A DNA stretch of 64,000 bases from an uncultured delta proteobacterium. Its GTDB lineage: Bacteria; Desulfobacterota; Syntrophobacteria; Syntrophobacterales; Syntrophobacteraceae. Positions 55,545 to 64,000 of the stretch are shown here, one piece after another. The stretch lies in NCBI GenBank assembly GCA_963808625.1, contig CAWEHK010000043.1, positions 1 through 64,000 on the forward strand, written 5' to 3'. Below the pieces are notes generated by a model, which saw only the letters and a program-made list of their open reading frames with translations, was not told the origin of the DNA and searched no databases. The position numbers and the translations under genes were made by a program. Positions within the stretch are counted from its first letter, which is position 1, and each line of letters starts with the position of its first letter.

Positions 55545-55860
55545 GCTCGTTCCCAAGCTCCAGCTTGGGAACGCAGGCCGGAAGCTCCAGCTTCCCGTGC
55601 CTGTGAGTATCAGGACCCATCGCCACATCCGACGAAGCTGGAGCTTCCAAGCAGGTCGGTCCCCAAGCCAGAGCTTGGGGACCAGCTTTGGCTGGCTTGA
55701 ACCGTTGCCTTGAACCAAAGCGCCCGATCAATCATTCTCGAACAGCCTCCCAGGCTCCATCCGGAAACACGTGTGGCTGTGTAGGGGAGGGGTTTATCCC
55801 CTCCCGAAAATTGACGCTTTCTCGCCAGCTTGCGGGCGGGAATAAATCCCGCCCCTACGA
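55545..55860. repeat. Cluster of palindromic REP-like elements
   Basis: GTTCCCAAGCTCCAGCTTGGGAAC; GAAGCTCCAGCTTC/GAAGCTGGAGCTTC; GTAGGGGAGGGGTTTATCCCCTCCC...GGGCGGGAATAAATCCCGCCCCTAC. Confidence 0.7.
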
Positions 55861-55920
55861 CTTGTGGGGTTTGTGGATGAACACTGACCATCCGACCCTC
55901 GACCGGACATGGAAGCACCA

Positions 55921-56835
55921 ATGAAGGTCCTCTACTCTTCCGACACGCATGTGCATCCGGGTCACCTTCGCCGGTTCCTGCAAGCGGCGAGAGAACTCGC
56001 GCCGCAGCTCCTCATCATCGGGGGTGACATCATTCCGGACTGGAAAGGATCAATCGCCGCATCCATTGAACCTCATAAACTCTGGGTACGGGATGTATTG
56101 CTGCCCCGGCTCCGGGAATTCCGCATTGCCCACAGCGAGGCAAGGGTTCTTATCGACCTGGGAAATGACGACATTGCCGCTGCCAGGCCCCTGATGGAAG
56201 CGGCTGACGGCAGCGACCTCGACCTGCTCCACCTGCGCGTGACAAAGGTGAGCGAGAATTTGGCGGTCTTGGGCTACATGGCGGTGAATCCGACGCCCTT
56301 CTTGATCAAGGACGCGGAAAAACCCGACTGCCGGGACCACGACGGCCTTTCCGACCGGCGAGTCGCAAGAGCCGGCTACGTTACCCACTCGGGCGCAGCC
56401 CTGCCGCACGTTCTGGATCCTTCAGCCGGCACCATCGAGGACGATCTGGCGGCGCTTTCTTCGACCATGGAAGACCCCCGGTGGGGCGATTCCTCTTTCA
56501 TCTTTGTGTGTCACGCACCCCCGAAAGATACTGCCCTTGACACGATCCAGAGCGGGCTCCATGTCGGCAGCCTGGCGGTGAGGCGCTTTATCGAACGCTG
56601 GAGCGGCATCGGAAGACTGATCCTCTCTCTCCATGGGCACATCCACGAAGCGCCCTGGAAGAGCGGGCGGGCCTGGCAGGTTATCGGCGACGTCCCCTGC
56701 TTCAACGTCGGTCAGACCGCGAAAATGCTTCGCGCCTTGCTCGTGAACACGGAAGCCCTTCCCGACTCAGCGCGGCTGGTCACCGTCAGCCGTGATGGGC
56801 AAGTAACCGTTGGGGGCGAGGGGGAATGGCTGTGA
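55921..56835 (+). CDS. Icc-like metallophosphoesterase
   Basis: SDTH, GGD, GNDD, HAPP.DT.LD, HVGS.AVR, LHGHIHE, N.G. Confidence 0.85.
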   Translation: MKVLYSSDTHVHPGHLRRFLQAARELAPQLLIIGGDIIPDWKGSIAASIEPHKLWVRDVLLPRLREFRIAHSEARVLIDLGNDDIAAARPLMEAADGSDLDLLHLRVTKVSENLAVLGYMAVNPTPFLIKDAEKPDCRDHDGLSDRRVARAGYVTHSGAALPHVLDPSAGTIEDDLAALSSTMEDPRWGDSSFIFVCHAPPKDTALDTIQSGLHVGSLAVRRFIERWSGIGRLILSLHGHIHEAPWKSGRAWQVIGDVPCFNVGQTAKMLRALLVNTEALPDSARLVTVSRDGQVTVGGEGEWL

Positions 56836-57530
56836 GTCGTTGCCAGTCGGAACATGACTGCCCTAAAAGCTACCGGCCAGTATACAAGGCGGTGTGGGAA
56901 GAGAGTGACTGGCTGCCACTCGGAACATGAATGCCCTGAAAGGGCTGTATAGAACAGCCCAGGGTCAGCAACCGCGCCACCCTGGGAGGAGAAAAGCCCA
57001 ATCCTTTTTGCCTTTACCCTGAAAGGGTTGGATGAATCGCAGTGCCGCTGTGTTCTATGCAACTCCTTCAGGCTAGTACACGTGGGCCGAAATAAGCCAG
57101 TTCCGGTGGGCACGGTGAAGCTGTGCCCACCCTACAGTGTTCCCGGATCCGTAGGGTGGGCAGGTTTTTTTGCCCACCGCAAACATGCACGAACTTATGC
57201 CCATGTGCACTAGATGTTCGTGTTGCACTCGAATGGTCACCGTCAGCCCTGATGCGCAAATCACCGTTGTGGATGCAGGGGGAATGGCTGTGAGTCGTTG
57301 CCAGTCGGAACATGACTGCCATGAAAGCTACCGGCCAGTATACAAGGCGGTGTGGGAAGAGAGTGACTGGCTGCCAATCGGAACATGAATGCCCTGAAAG
57401 GGCTGCATAGAATAGCCCAGGGTCAGCAAACGCGCCACCCTGGGAGGAGAAAAGCCCAATCCCTTTTGCCTTTACCCTGAAAGGGTTGGATAAATCGCGG
57501 CACCGGTTTGGTTTATGCAACCCCTTCAGG
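56777..57530. repeat. Direct duplication of ~295 bp (56777-57071 and 57234-57530) including the 3' end of the phosphoesterase gene
   Basis: Both copies read tggtcaccgtcagcc...gggggaatggctgtgagtcgttgccagtcggaacatgactgcc...tttaccctgaaagggttggat...cttcagg. Confidence 0.85.
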
Positions 57531-57748
57531 GTAAATGTCTTTGTTGTACCTGGCTTCCCAGGGTGGCGCTATCGCTGACCCTGGGCTGACTTATCGAGCC
57601 CCTTCAGGGCAAAGAAATCAGGTTGATACATTTGGGGTGGTGTTTGAAGGCAGGCTGGAAAGCCTGCCCCACATCCTGGCTGCGGCGGACAACGGGCTCC
57701 GACAGGAACCGGGAAACGCCCTCTATGACCGTGCGTCGCACACTCCTC

Positions 57749-57815
57749 GCGTCGCTGGAGTCGTGATCAGGCCGCCTGCTAACGCGACGGCGGCCTGATC
57801 ACGACCCAGCGACGC
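57749..57815. other. Long GC-rich hairpin downstream of DGR-like target 1
   Basis: GCGTCGCTGG-A-GTCGTGATCAGGCCGCC / GGCGGCCTGATCACGAC-CCAGCGACGC, 27 paired bases, 69 nt past the stop. Confidence 0.8.
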
Positions 57816-57884
57816 TCGATACAAGCATCCGGGACTGGCGGAAGCGCCTGCGCCAAGAGCCGGAACTGCCAAGGGTACAAGGGC

Positions 57885-60800
57885 TCAAGGGCCAAGGGCA
57901 ACATCCCTGGAGAGGCGAAAGCCCAAGTTGTTGTCGCGGACGTCGGGCAAGTTGCCGTAGCGAATCGCCGACCGGCAGGACTGCGCAACGTTGAACCAGC
58001 TGCCGCCGCGGACCACCCGATGGGAGCCCCGCGGGTCATCAACCCAGGGGCGCCCATCGTCGGGCGCACCGTTGTAGCTGCTGTGCGAATCATCCTCGGT
58101 CCATTCCCAAACATTGCCGTGCATGTCGTACAGCCCAAAACGGTTGGGCTCCTTCTCCCCGACGGCATGGGTCTGGTCGCCGGAATTCGCCTCATACCAG
58201 GCCGCCCTTTTCAGATCGTCCTCCGTGTCACCAGTATAATATCGAGTGGTCGTCCCGGCCCGGCAGGCAAACTCCCACTCGGCCTCGCTCGGCAACCGCA
58301 AACCGGCCCACTCCGCATAGCCTTGAGCATCCTCCCAACTCACACCCACCACCGGCTGCCGGGGCTGGTTGAAACGCCGGTCAGCCCAGTACCCCGGTTC
58401 GACTATCCTCTGGTTTTCCTTCAAAAACTGCGCGTACTGTTCGTTGGTCACCGGGTAGCGGCCCATGTAGAAATTCGGCACTCGCACCTCGTGACGCGGC
58501 CCTTCGTCATCCCAACGGCCCTCTTCCGTTTCGAGCGACCCCATCATGAAGACGCCCCCGGGAATCCTCACCAATTCGTAGCCGCCCCCCTCAGCGAAGA
58601 CCACATCCTGCTGCGCCTGCCTGCTGCGCTCGGCAAGCCAGTTGCGGATGTCCGCCGATGGGTGCTGCACAAGGCCTGGGCGTAGCCTTCAACCGCCCCG
58701 ACATCCAGGCGTTCCAACACCTGTAGCGCCAGGAGTTGCCGCCGCCATAGGTCCGGGTCGTTCCCGTCGACCGCTTTCAGCAGTTCGACAAAGGGCTCGG
58801 GACTCTTCCCTGCGGCATCGTCAAGACACATCTCGACCAGGTGTGAGAACTCGGCAAACGCCGGCTGACGGAGCACTTCGCGCATGTATGGCGTGAACAG
58901 GAGAATCTTTCTCGATCGCCAGCAAGAGCAGCCCCACTTCCTGCCACCAGGAATCCCCAAAGTGGCTGGCTAAGTCGCACAACGCGTGTTGGTCACCTTC
59001 GAAGGCACGGCGATGGATCTCCCTGGCCGCCAGATACTCCTGAAATCCCAGGTGCATGAAGCCGTATTGCTCGTGGTCCCAGCCGGTCAGCAGACCACTT
59101 TCATCCCGAATGGTGCGCAGAAATGCGTCGCACTGAGTCCGCTCCGCTTCCTCCGAGACAGCCAGGAGACCAACTTACGGATGCCGCTCAGGGACTTCTC
59201 TGTGCTGCCCCAGGACCATTTCGTCTCTTTCAAAGCCGGCTCGATATGGGGCGCCAGTTCAGCCGCCTTCGCTCGGGTTCGCCCCTCCTCGCTGTGGAGC
59301 CACAGGGCCGTCGGCTGCAGCACGCGCCGCCCGGCTTCGGCGCTGACGCTGACCGGTAAGCGCTTGTTTTCCGCCACCGCTCCAGCAACACCTCGATGCA
59401 TTCCTCATACAGCTGTGCGCGCTTGTGAGGCAAACCTCCCTGGTGGCGGTGCACCAGACAGATATTGGTCAGCAGCAAGGGATTGCGCGTCAACTCGAAC
59501 ACCCGACGGGCGCGAAATTCCGGTTCCCGCAATTTCTCTATGAGGTTGTCAGCCTTTTCCCTGGCGATCCCTTCAGCCTGCTCAGGATCTTTTCCCAGCT
59601 CTTTTTCGACGATTCGATACCAGTTGGTAACAAATCGCTCCATCTGGTCGCCGCTCAAAGGGCGAATGTGCATCTCGAGAAAATCTTCGCTCAACCGCAC
59701 GCTGGGGCTATAGCCTGCAAAGCGGCTGGTTACAACAAACAGGCAGGTGGGGTGAGACTTCAGGGCATCACCGATCCATCTCGCCACCCGTTCCCGCAGA
59801 GGAAGGTCCGCCACTTCATCCAGACCATCCAGTAAAAACAGCAGATTCCCACGGTTGAGCAGACGATCTCCAAACCCGCGCCGGGTTTGGAGATGGGGAC
59901 TGTCCAACTGGCTCTGGATGAAAGCCTCCAGCCCGTGGTCAAGGTCGCGCAGGTCCCGAAGGGGCAAGAATACCGGCAATATGTCCGCAGGCAGGGACGT
60001 GTTCTTACGCCCTCCTGGCAGGCACCAGAGCAACAAGCGTTTCAGGTGCGTGGTCTTTCCGGACCCTGGGTCACCGAGGATGACCACTCCCCTTCTGCAG
60101 CGCATTTCTAACTGGCGAAAGGCTTCCGGCAGAGAAATCTCGATGGCCGCATCACACTCCCGCAGGGCTTTTTCAGCATGGTCCGCATCGGCGAAACATT
60201 TATCCGCCACCGGTCTGAGGTCCACCATGGCACGCAGAGGAATGTAGATGTCTTCAATGTCGATGGACACTCTAAGCTCAGTGACGAAACCGGTCACCGG
60301 CAATTTGGCATGGACGGCACCCGCCTTCAAACAATAACGGCGGATCTCTTCTTCAAGCGGCTCACCATCTCCCTCGCGGTCAGCGCGCCAATCCTGCAAT
60401 GCCTTGAGCACCTTGGCCCCAAGGTTCGTCTCGGTGAACCGGGCCGGCATTTGATCCAGAGACAGGCGAGCTTTGAAGGCAGCAAGCTTGTCCTGTTTGA
60501 TCCACTTTTCGGGTCCTGGGTCACAGTCTTTTTCAGAATCGAACACCGTGGATTGCGGCACAAACATCAATCGTTCTCTGGCGGCATCGTACTCCATCTC
60601 GGTGATGGACGTGTCGCTGTCCTCCGGTATCCAGCCGTAGCACCAGGCGATGATCCCGACCAGCACGTCCGCCTCGCGGGCGTAGCGCAGGCATTCGTCG
60701 ACCGTCGGGCGGGTGGTGGCGGTAAAGATTTCCATGCCATGCCAAACCATGTCGGCCATCGTGATGGCCTCCTCGACCACTTTGCGCCTTTCGACATTGT

Positions 60801-60885
60801 CCAGGTAGGTGCTCGATACGAAGACTTTATACCGGCGAGGAAAACTCAACGGGGCTTTCTCTGCTGATTCCTTGGTAATTGGCAT
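57885..60885 (-). CDS. DUF4062-NACHT-FGE-sulfatase (CLec) protein, putative DGR target 1 (about four frameshifts)
   Basis: KVFVSSTY.D...GME.F...S.TE.EY (DUF4062); GDPGSGKTT and LLDGLDE (NACHT); NPLLL; FMHLGFQEYLAA; RLPSEAEWEFACR, GLYDMHGNVWEW, RGGSW, GFR (FGE). Confidence 0.85.
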
Positions 60886-61128
60886 AGGATCCTCTGAAGT
60901 AATCCACCAAGTCACACGAACACCTTTTTCATCCACTAATGAACACGAAGACACACCAGGAAGAGAACGGCATAACCAACTCGTACGCATTCATCTTTCT
61001 TCGTGTCTCTTCGTGTCCTTCGTGGCAAAGAAAGTCCTATACTATGAGAGCGAGGACCGTCAAAACATTTCTGGAATAACGACTCGGATCGAGGGGAGGC
61101 CGGGCGGCGATGTTCGAAGAGGCGTGGG

Positions 61129-61206
61129 CGTAGGTTGGGTTTCGTTCTTCGATCAATCACAGCGTTGTAAACCGCAATCATGGCAGGGAACGAAACCCAA
61201 CCTACG
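61129..61206. repeat. REP-like inverted repeat pair truncating the HRDC gene
   Basis: CGTAGGTTGGGTTTCGTTC (61129-61147) and its perfect reverse complement (61188-61206). Confidence 0.8.
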
Positions 61207-61626
61207 AGGTTCGCCGTATTTGGCGGCTTTTCCTTCCCCGATGCCTTCTATGCCGCTGAGCGCCGATCGAGTCGCGGCCTTCAGTCGAATCATTTTGGCA
61301 AGGTGCTTGTTGGTGGCAATCAGGTAAGGGGGAATCCCCTCCATTTTGGCCCTCGCGGCACGCCACTCTTTGAGGGCGTCGAAAGCCTGCCTTTCTACGT
61401 CGTCCAGTTCGAGGCGGGGATCAGGGCCGCGGCTCGGCCGGCGCTTTCATCGTCCGTCTGCGAGCGGTAGGCAAGAACCACCGTGAGGTAGGGAGTGCGG
61501 TCGTGAACAAAGAAGTGCTGCGAGAACTCGATCGACTTCCTTGTCAGCAAGAAACTCCTGAAGCGGCTCGTCACTGAAACCACCGGCATTTTCGGAGAAA
61601 CGAAAGGTGAAGAGTTTCAGCTTCAA
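61153..61626 (-). pseudogene. HRDC-domain protein (DGR accessory type), frameshifted and 3'-truncated
   Basis: RBS AGGAGG, TTG start; MKLKLFTFRF...GGFSDEPLQEFL...HFF...YLTVVLAY...AFDALKEWR..RAKMEGIPPYLIATN...IEGIGEGKAAKYGE then breaks into the REP. Confidence 0.75.
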
Positions 61627-62246
61627 ATCACCGCCCTCCTATCGATAACCCATTCGTTGGCCTGCTCTCATGATGGGCAACCCTGGACACTCAAGCAGGT
61701 GAACCCGCAAGTCTTCTCATAGGGGTTCCGAAATGGCAAAAAAATGCGCTTTCACGGTTATCCCTGCCAACTGTTTCATGTTGGCAAAAAGTCCGGGATC
61801 GTCATTCCCGCATGCTCCAGGCGGGAATCCAGGCGCGTTTTCTCCTCTGGGCTCCCGCCAAAACTGGTCCCGGCAAGCTTTGGGCGGTCAACCCGCAGGG
61901 GTGACGGCCGGAGGACCTTTTGAAACACACCCTTATCCGGGGATGGTAAACGCCAATCCCCCTTTTCCCTTACCCTGAAAGGGTCAGATACATCGTTGTG
62001 GCGGGATGTTTTATGTAACCCCTTCAGGGTAAATGTCCGTATTGTGCCTGGCTTCCCAGGGTGGCGCTATCGCTGACCCTGGGCTAATTTATGCAGCCCC
62101 TTCAGGGCAGGAAAGGTACCTTGATGCGTGTGGGGTGGTGTTGTGACCGCAGGCTGGAAAGCCTGCGCCACCAATTGGCTGCTGCGGGACAATGCGCCCA
62201 CAACAAGTTGGAAGCGCCTGCCATGGTCATGCATCGCACACACCTC

Positions 62247-62313
62247 GCGTCGCTGGAGTCGTGATCAGGCCGCCTGCTGACGCGACGGCGGCCTGATCAC
62301 GACCCAGCGACGC
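62247..62313. other. Long GC-rich hairpin downstream of DGR-like target 2
   Basis: Same arms as 57749-57815 and same 69-nt spacing from the stop; short hairpin CTGGCG-GGAA-CGCCAG at 62333-62348. Confidence 0.8.
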
Positions 62314-62382
62314 TCGCTGCGAGCATCCGGGACTGGCGGGAACGCCAGCGCCAAAAGCCAAAACTGCCAAGGGTACAAGGGC

Positions 62383-64000
62383 TCAAGGGCCAAGAGCAAC
62401 ATCCCTGGAGAGGCGAAAGCCCAGGTCGACGTTGCGGCCGCCGGGCGGGGCGCCGCCGCGAATCGCCGACCGGCAGTTCTGCGCACCGTCGTGCCAGCCG
62501 CCGCCGCGGACCACCCGGTAGGAGCCCCGCGGGTCATCGATCCATGAACGGCCATCGTTGGGCGCACCGTTGTAACTGTCATGCCAATCATCCTCAGTCC
62601 ATTCCCAAACATTGCCGTGCATGTCGTACAGGCCAAAACTGTTCGGCTCCTTTTCACCGACCGGATGAGTCTGCTCGCCGGAATTCGCCTGATACCAGCC
62701 AACCCGAGCCAAATCCTCCTCCGTGTCACCTGAATAAAACCTGGTAGTCGTCCCCGCGCGGCAAGCATACTCCCACTCGGCCTCGCTCGGCAACCGCAAA
62801 CCGGCCCACTCCGCATAGCGTCGAGCCTCCTCCCAGCTCACCCCCACCACCGGCTGCCGGGGCTGGTTGAATCGCCGTTCAGCCCAGGATTCCGGTTCCC
62901 TGACCTCCTGGTTTTCCTTTAAGAATTGCGCGTACTGTTCGTTGGTCACCGGGTAGCGGCCCATATAGAAATCCGGAACGCGCACCTCGTGGAGCGGCTC
63001 TTCCCAATCCAAATGCTCTTCTTCCGATTCCGCTGAGCCCATCCCAAAGACGCCCCCAGGAATTCGCACCAGCTCGTACCCACCCCGCTCAGCGAAGACC
63101 ACATCCTTCTGTGCCTGTCTGCCGCGCTCGGCAAGCCAGTTGCGAATGTCGGGCGAAGGGTGCTGCGCAAGCAGTGGCCGAAGTTTTTCAGCGGCCTCGG
63201 TGTCCAGCCGATCAAGGACCTGCAGCGCCGCAAGCTGCCTTTGCCAAAGGCCCTTCTCGCTGTCGGCGGCAGGGCTGGATGCGGACTCGAACCGCTCACC
63301 TGAAAACAGCCGCCGCCAAAAGCCCATGTTGCTGCGGGGGGCAGTTTCGAGCAATTCGACAAAGGGCTCGCTTGAAGTCTCGGCAGCATCGACCAGGCAC
63401 ATTTCCACGAGGTTGGGAAATTTGGCGAATGCCGGCAGTCTGACCACCTCGCGCATGTATGGCGTGAACAGTGATGGCTCATCGAGCGCCAGCAGCAACA
63501 GCGCAACCTCCTGCCACCAGGATTCCCCGAAGTGGCTTGCCAGGTCGCGCAATACCTGCCGGTCGCCTTCGAAAGCGCGGCGGCGGATCTCCCGCGCCGC
63601 CAAATACTCCTGAAACCCCAGGTGCATGAATCCGTAATGCTCCTGGTCCCAGCCGGTCAGGAGGCCGCTTTCGTCCCGGATGGTGTGGAGGAAATCCTCA
63701 GCGCTGCCCCCCTTCCAGTTGACGGCTTTCAGAGCTGGATCAATGGCGGGCGCCAGTTCGGCAGCCTTGGCCCGGGTCCGCCCCTCTTCCCCGTGCAGCC
63801 AGAGGGCCGCCGGCTGCAGCACCCGCCGCCCCGTCTGAGCGCCAACCCCAACGGGCAGGCCCTTGGCTTTCCGCCAGTGTTCGAGCATGACGTCAATGCA
63901 TTCCTCGTAGAGTCGGGCGCGTCCTTCGGGGAGCTCGCGCCGGTGGCGGTGCACCAGGCAGATGTTGGTCAAAAGCAGCGGGTTGCGCGTCAATTCAAAC
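62383..64000 (-). CDS. NACHT-associated + FGE-sulfatase (CLec) protein, putative DGR target 2 (5' part outside window)
   Basis: TRNPLLLTNICLVH, FMHLGFQEYLAA, RLPSEAEWEYACR, GLYDMHGNVWEW, RGGGW, GFRLSR; colinear paralog of 57885-60885. Confidence 0.88.
   Translation of the reverse strand, partial: FELTRNPLLLTNICLVHRHRRELPEGRARLYEECIDVMLEHWRKAKGLPVGVGAQTGRRVLQPAALWLHGEEGRTRAKAAELAPAIDPALKAVNWKGGSAEDFLHTIRDESGLLTGWDQEHYGFMHLGFQEYLAAREIRRRAFEGDRQVLRDLASHFGESWWQEVALLLLALDEPSLFTPYMREVVRLPAFAKFPNLVEMCLVDAAETSSEPFVELLETAPRSNMGFWRRLFSGERFESASSPAADSEKGLWQRQLAALQVLDRLDTEAAEKLRPLLAQHPSPDIRNWLAERGRQAQKDVVFAERGGYELVRIPGGVFGMGSAESEEEHLDWEEPLHEVRVPDFYMGRYPVTNEQYAQFLKENQEVREPESWAERRFNQPRQPVVGVSWEEARRYAEWAGLRLPSEAEWEYACRAGTTTRFYSGDTEEDLARVGWYQANSGEQTHPVGEKEPNSFGLYDMHGNVWEWTEDDWHDSYNGAPNDGRSWIDDPRGSYRVVRGGGWHDGAQNCRSAIRGGAPPGGRNVDLGFRLSRDVALGP

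Noticed and set aside
60900..62380. Possible DGR template repeat or reverse transcriptase between the targets
   Set aside because: No AAC-rich copy of the VR and no RT motifs found here or elsewhere in the window by eye

Overview
GC-rich bacterial chromosomal window, by gene content most likely a Desulfobacterota (Syntrophobacterales-like) anaerobe (inference). Many conserved genes carry single-base frameshifts, consistent with uncorrected long-read assembly errors. Content: an acetylene-hydratase-like molybdopterin oxidoreductase; a Tat-signal AmmeMemoRadiSam radical SAM gene; a toxin-antitoxin/nucleotidyltransferase islet; an hdrA-mvhD-hdrA-flxDCBA plus hdrD-like cluster with four in-frame UGA codons, each at a conserved Cys position and followed by a SECIS-like hairpin; an exosortase flanked by two IPTL-CTERM-like substrates; nuoE-nuoF and nuoG separated by MntA/HepT and a three-part split SbcC/Rad50 plus SbcD/Mre11 cassette; a 24-Cys secreted protein; housekeeping genes (hup, aroC, clpS-clpA-aat, cobB). 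The best finding is at the right end: two tandem NACHT-FGE-sulfatase (CLec) paralogs (the complete one with N-terminal DUF4062) whose C-terminal 99-nt regions differ almost only at codon positions 1-2 of NNC/NNT codons. Both have conserved downstream hairpins, and an HRDC gene lies between them. This is the signature of diversity-generating-retroelement hypermutation of NLR-like sensors; the TR and RT were not found in this window. Intergenic DNA is rich in REP-like palindromes, MITEs and heptamer repeats. No rRNA, tRNA or CRISPR array was seen.
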